Source: Chrysomallon squamiferum | Lineage: Eukaryota; Animalia; Mollusca | DNA length: 64,000 bases | Reading direction: 5' to 3' | NCBI GenBank assembly: GCA_012295275.1 | Contig: CM022665.1 | Coordinates: forward strand, 33,604,001 to 33,668,000 | In this document: positions 1 through 12,801 of the stretch, one piece after another | How the letters are laid out: each line of letters opens with the position of its first letter | Numbering within the stretch: position 1 is the stretch's first letter | Notes under the pieces: model-generated | Seen by the model: only the letters and a program-made list of their open reading frames with translations | What the model was told of the DNA's origin: nothing | The model's database searches: none | Position numbers and translations under genes: made by a program

Positions 1-411
1 GCCAAACATTACGACAAACAATGGCAAAACGAATGGAACAACACCAAAAACAAATGGCACTTGAACATCAAAGCACTAACCAAAACACCCAAAATCACAC
101 TCGCCAACAAACTACACAACAACAATCTCAACAAAGCCAGAACTGGTTACTCAACCAACTTAAATGAAATCCGATTCAAATATCACAACACCATATCACC
201 CAACTGCAGCTGTGGACTCTCCAAAACCATGAAACACTACTTGTTTTACTGTCAAAATGTCACCAAGGAAAGACATGCACTACGCAACACATTGGAGGAA
301 CTAAAAATTGAGTTCACGCTCCAAAACATCTTGGCACCAAACACGAAAGACAGAGAGTTAGTCCTCGCTGCAGTAACAACATACATTCTGAACACAAAAC
401 ACAAACTTTAG
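1..411 (+). mobile_element. Non-LTR retrotransposon (LINE) ORF2 C-terminal fragment with CCHC-type zinc knuckle
   Basis: The frame is open from base 1: AKHYDKQWQNEWNN...ARTG...CSCGLSKTMKHYLFYC...RHALRNTL, stop at 409-411. The WQ-x-x-W, RTG and C-x-C-x8-H-x4-C motifs are typical of the 3' end of LINE ORF2. The strand is A/C-rich. Confidence 0.75.
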
Positions 412-1550
412 ACTCTTGCAGTTGAAAGTTTGAATTTTATTTATTTATTTATTTATTTATTTTTGTCACAAAAACAAACAACTATTATATGAATTTATTG
501 ACTTACAGATTGATTCGTTGAACAGCTGATTGATCCATGGATGGATCGGCTGATTGACGGATCAGTTTGAATAGCCAGCTAAATTAATAATTAAAAAAAA
601 ATAAAATAAAAAAATACACGTACTTACTTTCAGACCATACTAACCTGGTTATCGGAATTTAAAAAAAGTACATAATAAATGTAAATAAGTTAACTACATT
701 CATGTTCTTATTCGTTTTAGTTGCAGGTGTTTATAGCATCTTTTAAATCAATAAAAAGACCATCGGGGAAAAAAAAAAAAAGTTTGGAATTGTTGGACCA
801 GAGGGAAGCAGCCAAAAAGAACAAGGAAACATCAACAGCAGCCAAGAACAGAACAAACAGCACACAACCAACGTGGACCCGGTGACAAATACGAGACATT
901 CGGCGAGCAAGACAAGTGCTGGAAACAACAAGAAGCAGAAAACATCAACGAAACATTGCAACCGACTCGTTACGATCCAACATGCTGGACACTCCCTTGT
1001 GTCCTGCAATCGTAACGAGAACCCACTCTCTTTCCTTACCCAAAACTTTTCTGCGACAGACACGCCCAATGACCTGTCAGAAAGCGTGCCTGTCGTAGAT
1101 GTGCTTCACAACAGCTTGCTCTGATTAGCACGTTAATTATTTTCAAGGTTCAAGGTTCAAGCAAAGAAAGGTAGAAACCCTTCTGGGGCCACGAGGCAGG
1201 CAAATATTTTTCTTAAAACTAAGGATTTCATGTTCAGTAAATCTACATGTAAACTCTCATAAATACTTTATTTCCATGATCAGATATAACATAAAGTACT
1301 TGTTCTTGAGGGGTGGGGGGAAATGGATGTTGCATGGTTGCTTTGGGGTCCTTCTTAGCTCTTAGGCCTCAGAACAAAGTACCGGCTGGAAATATATTAG
1401 AAAGGGGTCAAAGTTTAATATCAAAATACACATGGACCTGTTCATAAAAAGGACAGTTGAAGAAAAGTATTTTTAATATTAAATTATGTCTTCCTTTCAG
1501 AAAAAAACTTGAATCCTTCATTAATATTATTATCACAGTTGGCTGTAGAA

Positions 1551-2365
1551 AAAAAAAATGGCACCCGGAAGAAATCGCACTATGCATATTTGTAAAAATG
1601 CCATCTGGCTAAAAATGTTTTTTTTTTTTAATTGTTTATTAACATTTAGTTATTCATAGTAGGTGAAGTCCTTACAAAAAGAGTTCATAACTGCACATAA
1701 AAAAGCCAGTGCATGAATAATATTTGAGATAATGATTTAATATCAAGAAATAAACTGCAGCTAATAATATATTTAACAATTGATGACAATTCATAATTAA
1801 GCAGTCAGTCAAAACAAATGAAAACCAAAATCAACCTCCCAAATACATACATATCTTATGCTATGTTTGAATCAACAGAATGATATCATCCTGGAGGATA
1901 TTTTAACTGTGGTATGCATATTAACATTGGTTACATCTGTATGATCGTGTCTGTATGTATGAATGTACATGTGCAAGCATACATATATGTATGAATGTGT
2001 ATGTTTTTGTGTGTATACATATATAGATATATATACATATATATACATGTATATGTGTATATGTATATCTGTGTGAGTGTGTGTGTGTGTGTATATGTAT
2101 GTGTATATGTGTAATATTAAATTCTGATATAGTACTGTACTTTGTAAACAAAACCAAGTGGCTGAGTGATGCTATGTATCAATATGCATGTATCTAGCAA
2201 TACTGCATGAATAAATTGTATTTTCAAAAGTACGTTTAAAGTTGTTTTTAAGCAACTATACAGAAAAAATTAAGGTACCATTTTTTTCCAAATTTGCATA
2301 GTGCCATTTGTTCTGGGTGCCATTTTGACCAGCTGCCTTTTTTCTGGTACCATTTTCCCCATACC
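1551..2365. mobile_element. Candidate MITE/foldback-like element with degenerate inverted arms
   Basis: 1551-1600 (aaaaaaaatggcacccggaagaaatcgcactatgcatatttgtaaaaatg) is an imperfect reverse complement of 2279-2326 (catttttttccaaatttgcatagtgccatttgttctgggtgccatttt). The right arm continues with related 'ccatttt' motifs to ~2365. No TSD was identified. Confidence 0.45.
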
Positions 2366-2573
2366 CCCCAAAAACACTTCCCCCACATCTCTAAACTCGT
2401 ATTATGCATTGAATCCTAATGCAAAACCCAGGATTTTTGTATTTGATATGAACAATGATACATTGTTGAATTATATACTTTATGTGCTTGTATGTATACA
2501 TATATGTATTTTTGTATGCATATATGATGTGTGTGTGTGTGTTTATGTATGCATGAATCATTGAATTTGTCAT

Positions 2574-2604
<31 letters not shown>

Positions 2605-2669
2605 ATGTGTATACAGAAGTATTCAGGACTGCACACACACTTCTAGAAGAAAAAAACCATTTCTAAATA

Positions 2670-3383
2670 CAGTGGTACCTTGACTTACAAGTGTACCAAC
2701 TTAAGAGGTTTTTTTGCTTTCAGTTCCGAGCCAAAAGCCAAGTTACGAGCTAGTTGGCGCAATGAACAAAACACAACATCCACCCAGCATCCCACGTCTC
2801 ACTTGTTTGCTTCACATGGTTACCTCGGTGTGGACGCATCTCTGTTGTGCTCACATTTTGTGCAGTTTTTTTGCCAAATTTCCACGGATCCTAAGAAGGT
2901 GAGTGCAAAGGACAATGCCGAGAAGAAGAAGCAGATGATGTCCATTGAATTAAAGCATGAAATCATAGAAAATCATGTGAGGTGTGCGTGTAGTAGACTT
3001 GGCTAGGCAGTACAATAGTAGTACTTTTATGATATGTACCATACTAAAACAGAAGGAGTCGATAATGGCATTAAAATAATTCCTAAGCTGTGGGCCTCTG
3101 TCCATTCAAAGATGGAGAAACCCTAATCCTGTATACTTTACAAAACCAACTTATTTCTTTACATTCTCTTTTATTTTGTTTTTTTACAATATTTGTCATT
3201 TATAAATACGTTTTCTTAAATTTAAAAACATGTTACAAAAAATTGGGGTGGTTTTGGGGGAGCTGGAAGGGATTAATGTTATTTCAATAAATTTCAATTG
3301 GGAAAATTGATTTGATATACGAGCAACTTGAGTTACGAGCTCGGCCACAGAACGAATTAAACTCGTATCTCAAGGTACCACTG
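2670..3383 (+). mobile_element. Internally deleted Tigger/pogo (Tc1-mariner superfamily) DNA transposon
   Basis: 23-bp TIRs: cagtggtaccttgacttacaagt (2670) and actcgtatctcaaggtaccactg (ends 3383), 3 mismatches. TA lies on the left, TG on the right. A frameshifted HTH-psq transposase N-terminus lies at ~2884-3065: DPKKVSAKDNAEKKKQMMSIELKHEIIENH / GVRVVDLARQYNSSTFMICTILKQKESI. Confidence 0.85.
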
Positions 3384-6300
3384 TGTATTTAAAAGCATTT
3401 AAAAAATTATTTAGAAAGTATATACTTTCTCATTATCTATACAAAAATTACACATCTCAAAATAGCATTCTTAGACAAACATGTATGCATGCATGTAGCT
3501 GTGTGTGTATGGAGGTGAATGCAGGGAGAACTGGGACACATTTTTTGTTTTGTCACATATCCTATTTTCTAATTTCTGAAGTGAGGATTTTCTCAAAACA
3601 ATTGTCTTCATTTTCAGTCATTTTTTGATGGATATAGTTTTTCCCTGATATTTTTGAAGATGATGGGAGGTGGGTAGAATTTGGTAACATTGGAGAAAAG
3701 TAGGACAGTGGGTGCAGACATTTGGGACGCCTATGAAATTGACATTTTTTCTATTCCATACTATACTGAAATAAAAAAAAATATGTTACTTGAGGTTGAT
3801 AATATTAATATTCCAGAAATCATGTAAATTATAACAGAATATTTTAATAATCTTTCAGTCATTTCAGTGCATAACCATTATTTAACATGCTGCAATCATC
3901 GTGTGTTCCCAGTAGTACCTACATAGGAAAGAACATTTAAAAGGAATTTTCATGATGAACAAGCTTTTTCTTGTACAAGTAACATTTATTACATGTTGGG
4001 AGGGAGAAGTGACACTGTGTCCCAGTTCTGCATACACAGTGGGCACTTAGGTCACTCAGTGGTATGTCTCTAACACTTACAGGGGTGTATATCAGAGGCA
4101 AGATGAAACATGTATTAAATATCACCTAATTTTTGTACATAGGCAGCATTAAAGAATAGCATGAACATTAAAAAAAATCTTTTTGGAGCAAAAAATCAAC
4201 TTTACATCACTAGACTTACAGAATGGCTTATATGTTTTACAAACAACATATAACTAACAGGAAACAAAGGGTTTCAGATAAATATATCCTTGAATCTGAT
4301 CACCTGAAAATGTTTTTTCATTTTTGTTTGTTAGTTCATTGTAGTTTGTCAAGTCTGTTGATACTTCTGTATCAGGCACTTTTTCTCTGAGGACATTTTG
4401 GTGAGGATAACATTTGGAGTACCCAAGAGAGATGCTGCTGTTAAAATTGTGGTGTCTGTAGCCATGTTTCATTGTCTCCCATTCGTTTTTTAAGGTTGAT
4501 AACAATAATCCAAAAAATAAAAATTATATTTCTTAATTATCTTTGGAAGCTTTTTACTGCTGCATTAAATAATAGACTAATGTATGATGAAAGTATTTGA
4601 AGTTCAAGGAAGAATAATTGTACAAATAGTGTTTTCACATTACATGCATTTTAGAACAGATTTTATGCTATATACAATTAAATATACTTAAATCTGTGTT
4701 CTAAAATTTGTATCCATCTTAACAGATATGTTCACTTACTATAAAAATTATTGTCATTAAGTTGACAAGTTGACAAATCCCGTAACACTATGCTTAATGC
4801 AATTTTGATTTTAATTAACGAAACAAATATTGCTTAAATCAACTAAATTTTATGATTTTATGTTTTAAATTCTATACACTGATAGGCTTACATAACTTGG
4901 GATAGGGTTTTATGGCTACTACACTCATATTTTTAAGTGTCTTTCTTTTTAAATTTAAATTTTGTTTTATTTTGTTACACTTCAGATATATTTAATATTT
5001 TTTTCTCTCCATATATCTTATTCAAATAATGTTTTTCATCTACTACAATGCCACTGTTTCAGTAATTAAGTGTAATATACTAATAAACATACACAGGCCA
5101 AGTATTTGATTTAACAAGATTTATTAATTAAATAGTTAAACATTAACTGTTATAATTGGTGGCAGCATGTACTTCTGATCAAATGATGCACTTGCTAGAT
5201 ATGTATATTCAGAAATTATGTATAATACCTGAAATTTAGTTAGTTATTTTATACATATTCCCTGAAATTGTTTGATATATTATTATTGTATCATTGTAAT
5301 TAAATTGTCCCATTCGCTTTTATTAGGGAAACCAAGATAATATTTTTGAGTCTTTAAAAAGAATGTAGTCACTTAACATTCCAGTGACTTTAAAATTAAA
5401 TTAATATAAAGATTGTCACTTTACAGTGCTTTAGACAAAAAATAACCAGTGTCATAGTAATGCAGAAAGAAACCTAATTCAGGATCTCTCATCTAATAAT
5501 CATTCATAATGTGTTTTGTAAGTTGTTTTAAATTATCTTTTATGGTTAAGCTTTATTTTGCTAATTTTATTTATTTATACAGTAAAATTAAAAGTACTAA
5601 AAACAAGAGGAAAATTGTTTTTTTTAGAAAAATCATTTCTTAAGTGATTTCTGCAATGTATATAATGTTAGTAGTAGAGCAATTGATAATTTAGTGATTT
5701 AAAAAGATTACAGATCATGGCTTGTGACGTTCTTAAAACTGTAACATATCTTGTATTTCTAATCACTGAGACTGGATTAAAATAAATATTAAGTTGTATT
5801 GTTTGCAAACTGGATTTTCACAACAAATAAAACAGTGATAATAAACACCAAGGTAACGAACTGTTTTATACAACTTTTTTCTTACAAAATAGAAACCAGA
5901 ATAATGAAAATATATATACACACACACAATCTCATTTAGTGTTCAACTATTATCATGAAATGAAAGTATTCTTAGATGTGAATGATAGCATGTACAAAAT
6001 GAATCTTGAGAAACAAACTGGAATCTTAAAAATATCAGTTGTATTGATAAAAGAAAAATTATATAGTAAAATCTGAAATTTTAGGCAAACAATAAAATTG
6101 AAACTGAAAAAGCAGTTACTGATATGAACCTGCCTCTCTTTATGCTACTAATATATTTAAGATTTTGACATTTTGTAATATCATAGAAAATCTGAAATTC
6201 AAAACTGATGTGTGAAAAAAGTTTATTACCAGTAGAATTAAAAATACAATCAGATACCATTTAAATTACAAGGCTATGTTTTATGTACTTACATATAAAA

Positions 6301-7070
6301 TCTAACTTCTATTCAGTTGTCTTTCTATTACTGGATCCATAATCACTACCTCCTGAACTGAAGTGATAAACAATTTCTGCAGATGCATTAAACTTTAATA
6401 TTGGAGTATAACTACTGAAGCTGGTGAGAACCCATCCCAAAGCTTGATCTTGTAGTGCTTCAAAATTGCATTTGAAATGATTCTTCTTTTTATCATCTTC
6501 CTTTTTTATCAAAATTAATCAGTAATGGTAATGCTGATTTAAACAAAAATTGTGAAATTTGATCATGTGATACCAAATTCTTAACTTTTGCGAATAATGA
6601 AACATGACATGTGTTAGTAGAAATGAAGTGTACAATGTTAGCTGATATGTATTATATCTAGATACCTAAGATTTACTATTGATGTGTCATGACAGTTGTT
6701 TTACTTTTTATTTAACTGTTTTATCTTTGCTTTTGTAAGTGTTTTAAAGTAATCAGATTGTTCATTTTCTGAATTCTAATATTTTTGCCTCAGAGACAAC
6801 TGGTTATTTTAAAATCCAGTGTTTACTTGTGTAAATTCAATGACAAATATCTAAATATGTTTTGTTTCTTAAATGTTTTTTTATCATTAAAATTCTTTCA
6901 ATTGGAGTAGTGAAGATGAATGAAATGTTTAATTTGGTGAATTATGTAAAACAATATTTTATCTCTAGATGATAATATATATCAATAAACTCTGAAGTGT
7001 GTACTGACATTTCTTGTAATGATATTAACAAATGCTTTAAATTCAATGGTACAAATGTTTACTTCCTCTG

Positions 7071-7556
7071 GGTGGTTGTTGGGGAGGACGAGGTCGAGGA
7101 CGATTCTGGCTAGGTCGTTATGGACAGCGTTGTTATAATCCATGTTGGGTTAGTAATTCTGTGTGAAAAAATATTTTTAGTATTTAATTTTTATTTTTCT
7201 TCTTCAGGAAAGAACCCCTCCCCCCACTACTACACTGTAAACAATGTTCAAAATTTATTTTTGAGTAATAATTAAACATAATTTTTCATGGATTGTTTTT
7301 CTGAAAATAAAACAAATATATAAAATAACATTTTTCATAATGTTTATTTAACCTGTTAAACAGTTTTCACTGGTTTTCGTAAAAAAAAACCTTGAAATAT
7401 AAAAATCTTTTTGTTTATTTCAGAACAAGAGCTGTGGGCCTCTGATGCGCTATGCACTGTGGGCGACGTGGTGTGTGCGTGTGGTTGACAGACAGCTGGT
7501 TCCAAGGAAATCAGAACTGGCCCATTATGTACAGTTCTGACCAGAGTACAGATTAA
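7071..7556 (+). pseudogene. 5'-truncated copy (copy 0) of the Gly/Arg-rich secreted protein gene
   Basis: Homology begins inside the Gly/Arg exon (ggtggttgttggggaggacgaggtcgaggacgattc, lacking one 18-nt unit). That exon ends at 7148. The last exon (7424-7556) has atgcgctatgcactgtggg instead of atgcgttgcgtacctcgtggg, a 2-nt frameshift that loses Cys codons. Confidence 0.8.
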
Positions 7557-7931
7557 TTTGTTATTTAAACTTCATAATAAATCGTTTCAAAGGAATAGTC
7601 GATTGTTTGTTGTTAATGATAACATAATTTAATTTTGAAAACTTGTTACCTGTTAGTTTGTAAACAATTTCACATAAACAAACACATTTTCACGTAAACA
7701 CGTACACGCGTATGTTAAGTTTATACCCAGTTAACCAATAATTCAGCATACACTGCTGTTTTAATAATTATTTATGAGCTGTATTTACTGCGTTTAAAAA
7801 GATATCAAATTCTGACCTTATGACTCCAGGGACATGTCAGCGAACGTAACAAAAGAAATTATAGAATCAATCCGATGTATCCGTATAGAAGGCCGACAGA
7901 GTGATTTGAAGAATAAAACGTTATTATTATT

Positions 7932-7973
<42 letters not shown>

Positions 7974-8739
7974 ATTATTGTTAATGATATAAATAACACC
8001 GAAACATTACCGTTCTTACAATTTTGAAACGTTATTTACAAAAGTCTTGATCAATCAAATAAAAACGTGAGGATGATTACCATGTATATACTGTAGGATA
8101 ATCAGGTTTTCGCTGAGGTATAGGTTCTGGTGATCATCATATTTAAAAACGGAAGCTATTTTATACTTTTTTCATTTCATTTTATAGTCAGTACAAACTA
8201 ATACAAAGGGTATTTGAGATGGAAAGCTAAACATTACGTGTTCTGCATAAAATTGTACGAAATAATTTGTTAGGTCATAATCTTTTTCGAGCATCCTTTG
8301 TGTGATGAATGTGAAATGCATTTCGACATTTTATTTTCAATATATATTAATTACTTAGATGAATAAATTATGAAAAGTGGAGCTGGTGGTATCTTTGAAT
8401 GTTGAACATTATTTGTGCTGTTATTCGCAGAGGACATAGTTTTTTTTTCACTCACAGTGAAAGAGATATTCAAACCAGTTTGATTGTCCGCTGTCACTCC
8501 AGTATGACTTGGAGATTGTGTGTAAATATAGAAAAGAAAACAAATTAAATCGATATATTTCGTAACATTTGAAGACTGTTAAAAGATTTACTATTTAATT
8601 AAAGATAATCATGTTGTGGATACATTACACATATCCTGTCACTTGCTGTAGTTTTCACAAAAGGCGGAGCTTTTAGGAAGTGGGGGATACTGTAATAGGA
8701 CATGCACAAAAAGGGAGCTTTTTTTATGCATAAATATTT

Positions 8740-9650
8740 ACTATACATGTAATTGTTTCTCTTTTCCTGAATATTTGTGATAAATCAATATCAAATAGTT
8801 TACATTACGAAAGTGAAGGGTGTGGTTTCATAAAAGGTCTGCACAAGAACATTTCGCATTTAAAATTTTGTAATAATGTGTTAAGAGTAAAGAAGGTATA
8901 AATAAATGATTTTTGTGTACGGTGAAGTGGGTAGATTTCCTGTAATTATTCACAGACAATGCAGAATTGTTAAATTTTCGTTGGTACCTACAAATAGTAA
9001 TGAAATGAAATTTATTATTTTAAAAATATGTTGCAACATCATAGCTGCTGATAGAATAGTTTTTTGTATCCCAGTAACAGTAAATGAGTAATTGGGCTGT
9101 CCAGGCAAGCAATCAGTTAAATAATACTAGATTTTCAGACGCTTGGCTGAATCAAAGTGAGAAGGATTTTTTGCCGTACTCAACAACAGTTAACAGACAG
9201 ACGTCTACTGGGATTAAATGACTCTTCGAGAGCATTGCTATACAGACATTTATCACAATTGTTTTTTTTTATGTAATTTATTTAGACTGCTTTTAGGTGG
9301 AAACATACAGAAGAGAATTATCGAGATTAGCATGTCAGCACAACGGTTAACCATATAAACTGCAAGGTTGGAGAAAGCCAACCCAATTTTGTTGGACAAT
9401 CGTAGATGTCATACTTGTAATCGCTGATTAATTTCACTTTGTTCATGAATGGATTTTCTATATTATATGACCGTAAGAACGTTATATTTCGAAATATTAT
9501 GTAATTAATGCCAGTATTTGCTAAAATATAGAGAATTGTTAAACAGCAGAAATCAAAATCTAGTATGAAAGTTGGCTGCATGTTTTTATAATGCATTTGA
9601 GCAAACAAATTATTTCTTTTAATTAAGCTTCTCCATTAGCAATAAAAAGC
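8740..9650 (+). mobile_element. Decayed LINE (CR1/L2/Crack-like) ORF2 3' fragment inside the repeat unit
   Basis: Broken-frame motifs LHYESEGCGF, HLKFCNNVLRVKK, FVYGEVGRFP, NWAVQASNQLNNTRFSDAWLNQ and NRRCHTCN match the post-RT region of non-LTR ORF2. Multiple stops and frameshifts; boundaries approximate. Confidence 0.75.
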
Positions 9651-10731
9651 AATAGAAATTATAATAAGAACATTACTTAATAATATACGGGACAGGTGGG
9701 GTAAAATTAGACTATTAATTTATTTTTTTATGTATTTTATATTACCTGTATTGTATTTGTATGAATATATGTATTCAACGGTCTATGTCTTCTTTTTATT
9801 ATTACTGTGCCGGATTTTCAGTACATACATTCACGAAAAGCCCTTTAGAATAAGAAGGATAAAACGCAACTAATAGTAATAATTATTATTGTTACAAAAA
9901 AACAATAACAGTAATATTAATGAAGTAATAATGATAATAATGTCATCAGCTGTAAACAAAGTTAGTCTTGAATGATTTGAAATATGTTTTATTGTCTTGT
10001 CATCGTTAATATCAGTAGTAATGGTGGTATTAGTAGTAGCATCTCATCATCTTTTCTTTCTTATGGCTTATTCGCCAGTGCATATTCATGTGTATTAAAT
10101 ATTCCCCAACCATAGTAATAATAACAACAACAACAAGAGCAATAACAACATCAACAATGGTGATCACAATTCAGTAATTGCTGAAATATGTTACCTGGAC
10201 TTAAACACTAAAACCTGCATGCTACTGTCTTAGAAACACCATTTATCTTTTCACAAATAGAATAAAGTTTGAAACTAAGTCTACGAAATGGTTACCCGAT
10301 TTTAATTAGGAGCGGAAGATTTATATGCCTCAACACAGTTCAGTCCCATGCCGTTTTCGTTTCTACTTATCTTTGAATTTAAAACGTATCATCACATTTA
10401 ACAAAACATAGGAAAATAAGAAGAAAAAATCGTGTACAGAGATTAACATGATACGGTGACAATTTAATCATGTTTTCTTTGACGTGAGTCGTATATTGTA
10501 CATAAAAATGACAATGTTTCAGTGTCCAAACCAGGTTCAGCATGTTAAACGTGTCATTTCTCGTAGAAAAATCTTCATACGACCTCAGTCAGTCTCATCA
10601 TCTGTCAGAATAACTAACGAATTTACTGATAGTGTCAGTTCTGTTTTATATAGGTTATTTCATATTTTTATTGTTTTACTATTATCTTCTTTGTCACTAT
10701 TTATTTATTTAATTTTGTTTTTAAGAACAAC

Positions 10732-10732
<1 letters not shown>

Positions 10733-10792
<60 letters not shown>
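10733..10792. repeat. (CT)n microsatellite upstream of the array gene; length differs between units (also ~17491-17575 and ~24262-24340)
   Basis: Direct reading of ctctct runs. Confidence 0.95.
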
Positions 10793-10794
<2 letters not shown>

Positions 10795-11111
10795 AGAAAT
10801 TAAAAAAATTATGCATTAGGTTCTAGGTTTAAATTGTTAATTAAAAAATAAAATAGTATCATCATCATTATTTTGGTCACTACTATTACTACTACTATTA
10901 TTATTTTCAAGACCATTATAAACGCTTTCGTTACTATCGTTATCCATTTCGGCATCATCAAAACGCATTCAAAATTAACACAGACTTCTGGGCACTAAAT
11001 TTCTTTAAACGTTCCAATGTAAAACCAATTAAAATGACACGAACTATTGTATTTTTTATTTCTTACTTACACGAATATTCCGTCTACTTCTGATATACTG
11101 GACACCAGATA

Positions 11112-11266
11112 TGACCTGTGACCTGTCAGGAGATACAGACAACCGTTTCTGTAAGCTGACACTTTGCAAATTGCATCTAAATTGTCAAGACGTACTATAT
11201 AAGGTAGACATCAAAACATATTTGTCAAAGGAGTCTTTTTGGCTGTGTGTGTATCTGGTGAAACAG
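11112..11266 (+). promoter_or_regulatory. Promoter and non-coding first exon of array gene copy 1 (DR1 element, TATA box, donor)
   Basis: TGACCTgTGACCT at 11112-11124, TATATAAG at 11196-11203, consensus donor CAG|GTAAGT at 11266/11267. The matching acceptor tttgcag lies at 12788, 13 nt before the ATG. Confidence 0.65.
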
Positions 11267-11276
11267 GTAAGTGAGA

Positions 11277-11326
<50 letters not shown>

Positions 11327-12801
11327 TATACATACATATATATATAGAGAGAGATAGATTGATAGATAGATAGATAGGTAGATAGATATAGATATAGATA
11401 GATAAACAGATACATACATACAGACAGACAGACAATGAGACAGGCAGACAGTCAGACATTCAGACAGACAATCACATACGTACATACACACGTAAAATAC
11501 ATACATTTTAATACATATACGTTGATACAGAAGCAATAGTTTTTACTTTAATTATAGCATTACGTCATCGAATCATGAAACTTAAGATCGCGCAGAAAAT
11601 TTGTTGTCGATGATTTATTGTACACGTCAAAATAATAACGGTACAACTATTAAAAGTCTAGACCTCAGGTCACTGTTTCGTTTAACTAGTATTTCATTGC
11701 TGCTCAACGTAAATGCGACTTTTTAGTTTAATTATATATTAATATACACATATACTTGTTGAAAGGGATATAGCCATTCATACGCAGACGCTCCAACACA
11801 CATCTACAAGCATGCAAACGTACACATATAATCTCCTCTGTGTGTGTGTGTAGGTGTGTGTGCGTGCGTGCGTGCGTGCGCGTGTGTGTGTGATTACACG
11901 CAAAAATGGTGCGATGTTGTGGTAAACTATATACAATTCTCCAAAGACTAGGTTAGGATTCAACTGCGTGGGTTATTCGCGTATGTGGATAAACACTAAC
12001 AGAAATGAAATTATGTGTTAAGGTGCGAACGAAATTTTTCCTACAGTAGTGTGGTTTGAATTGTCAAAAATATGAATATCTATATCAGTGGAAATATATT
12101 TAAATACATGTATATCGTCAATTTATTTCTAAAATGATTAGATTACAGAATTTTCCACATAGATAAAAATAAGTTAATATTTATTGATTTCCCAGTACAA
12201 CACAATTTAATATTATTGGATTTTTATTTTATTTTATTTTATTTTATTTGTTTGTTTCTTTTCAACTTTTTGAAAACGATGTTATTTGGTCTCAGTTTAA
12301 TACCCTTTTTATGTTTTACTTTCTATGATAAATCCGGATTGTATTAAACATATAGTATAGAGCGAGCTCATACATTCAGACAAATTCCTAGTAGGCAAAT
12401 GATAATTCATCTGACATGGATAAATTTAAATGTTTTAGAAGGTAAATAAGTAAATGTCTTTTTCTAATACTTATAATTTAATACACAGACGAGATGTTGC
12501 CTCAGCAGCGGCGTCTCTGAGGTCTTGATTGGACTTCTGTGTCAGTGCGTTCCGAATACTTACTAACAGTTGATCCTAATCAGATATACATTTAACAACA
12601 GAATGCTCATTCCAAAACACACACACACACATTCATTTTCTTGTCGTTTACAGAGTTCAAGAGTCCTATTAAATGCAATGTAAAGTCTGCTTTTATATGT
12701 ATTGAACATCTCTGATTTGTACATGCACAGTTCGTACATACATCTACAATGTGTTTGTTACAAATATGAAAATTCTATCTGTTTGCAGGATTATTACAAA
12801 C

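Noticed and set aside
783-1160. A/C-rich open frame (~783-1124) followed by ttcaaggttcaaggttcaag
   Set aside because: No recognisable motif or splice context; may be retroelement-derived but cannot be assigned.
1921-2636. ORFs rich in HT/YI/CV dipeptides (also around 11111-11963, 29226-30904, 41795-42384, 44142-44729)
   Set aside because: Translations of (CA)n, (TA)n, (CT)n and (GTA)n simple repeats, not genes.
4254-6512. Minus-strand ORFs 4254-4505 and 6309-6512
   Set aside because: No family motif and no phase-consistent splice partners found.
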